Positions 62,570 to 64,000 of a stretch of 64,000 nt of DNA are shown here, in pieces. Source of the stretch: Eledone cirrhosa (taxonomy: Eukaryota); NCBI GenBank assembly GCA_964016885.1, contig OZ024740.1, positions 331,328,001 through 331,392,000 on the forward strand. The letters are read 5' to 3'. The notes below the pieces were generated by a model, which had not been told where the DNA came from, did no database searches, and saw only the letters and a program-made list of their open reading frames with translations. The position numbers and the translations under genes are program-made. Positions within the stretch are counted from its first letter, which is position 1. Every line of letters starts with the position of its first letter.

Positions 62570-63589
62570 AAGGTTAACACTTACATAAAGTTATAGATAT
62601 ATATGCTGCAACCGGTCACTTTTCGACAGCATGTAGAAACTGACTAAATATACCATCAACCATACACAATTAGGTGTAAAATTAAACTTAGAAGAAATGT
62701 GTACATACCGTTGATGGCATATTTAGTCAGTTTCTACATGCTGTCGAAATGTTGGATAAATACTCTATTGGGGCCACCGCGAAGAGGCCACTTTCGGTTA
62801 TTTGTCGGAGATTTCTTCATAAGAGCCTTTCTTCTTATAGCTTGGTCTAATTGATTTTTTTATATGATTAATTATGCTAATTGGAAGAGGAAATGGTATA
62901 TATTTTATCTAATAATTCTAAGGACATGATTTATGATATATTGCTCTGAATATTTAATTTATTAATTCTTCATAGAGCCTAAAAGTGACCGGTTGCAGCA
63001 TATATATCTGTAACTTTATGTATATGTAAACATTTATATTTAATAATCTCCCGTTAGGTTGAGATTCAATTTGGCGATATTTGGCTGCGCTTTCTAGCAA
63101 CAAGCCTACCTGCCGTAAGCAACCAATCACATTCTTTCTAGCTTGACCACAGCCACATAGCGATTCTTAGCCATTTTTTAATCTAATTTTGGCGCGATCA
63201 AGTTGGAAAACTAAATGTCTGATTTTGAGTTTGTCTCCTGATGAATCCCAACTCAAGACATTCCTATTAATTGGATGTCTAAAAATACGGATGAAACCAT
63301 GGTAGAGATATAATTACGGTATGTACACATTTCTTCTAAGTTTAATTTTACACCTAATTGTGTATGGTTGATGGTATATTTAGTCAGTTTCTACATGCTG
63401 TCGAAATGTTGGATAAATACTCTATTGGGGCCACCTCGAAGAGGCCACTTTCGGTTATTTGTCGGAGATTTCTTCTTAAGAGCCTTTCTTCTTATAGTTT
63501 GGTCTAATTGATTTTTTATATGGTTAATTATGTAAATTGGAAGAGGAAATGGTATATATTTTATCTAATAATTCTAAGGACATGATTTA

Positions 63590-63595
<6 letters not shown>
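62563..63595 (+). mobile_element. ~1.35 tandem copies of a 657-bp hammerhead-containing unit with two inverted 5' segments (putative retrozyme)
   Basis: TTGATGG.ATATTTAGTCAG at 62711 and 63368; 62564-62622 is the reverse complement of about 62980-63040; 62622-62710 is the reverse complement of about 63317-63403; (TA)n flanks. Confidence 0.82.
63232..63310 (+). ncRNA. Type I hammerhead ribozyme with ~40-nt structured loop II
   Basis: TGTCTC CTGATGA ATCC...GGAT GAAA CCATG GTA GAGATA; palindromic helix III ACCATGGT. Confidence 0.88.
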
Positions 63596-63687
<92 letters not shown>

Positions 63688-64000
63688 CTAAGTCTGCGCT
63701 ACCTGAAACTATGAAACAATATTTTTTTATTGTTCTTCCTAAATTTTACATCTTACACCTCATTGCCACTTTTGTGAAATTTATTTTCTACTTCTTCTTC
63801 ATTTAGCTTTCCCGGTCGTATACTATTTAGGGGAGGTTTCTTGCCATCGTTTTCGCCTAGTTTTCTTCAAATCTGTTTTCGATTTATACTTCATATGTTT
63901 CATAATTTCTGATGGCGCTTCTTTTTTATTTTCCCTTTATTCATTAATATTCACCATCTCTTTCGAAATTGTTGGATGCCTTGGTAATAGAAATTAATTA

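Overview
Eukaryotic, AT-rich, (TA)n-saturated repeat region. I found no host gene I can support. The tRNA-derived SINE family resembles octopus SINEs, so an octopod/cephalopod origin is likely (inference). Most ORFs in the track are microsatellite translations. The window is dominated by Penelope-like retroelements (PLEs): one apparently intact, very young RT + GIY-YIG element (760 aa, 47457-49739, minus strand) between ~625 bp direct pseudo-LTRs, plus many truncated or inverted copies of other PLE families. It also holds RTE, CRE and Tc1/mariner remnants, SINEs and a 200-N gap. The hidden signal, read by hand on both strands, is a very dense set of type I hammerhead ribozyme (HHR) motifs: about 15 unrelated sequence families. 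They sit in PLE pseudo-LTRs and in non-coding tandem or fold-back elements with units of 310, 474, 517, 531-540 and 657 bp. These look like non-autonomous retrozymes and nearly all abut (TA)n tracts. The best example is six apparently identical 310-bp HHR-bearing units followed by an inverted tail (7763-9795). Several families carry unusual cores: U3-A8 covariation, CCGANGA, a non-Watson-Crick first pair in helix II, large loop-II insertions and palindromic helix III. All folds were done by eye; no cleavage or expression is shown.
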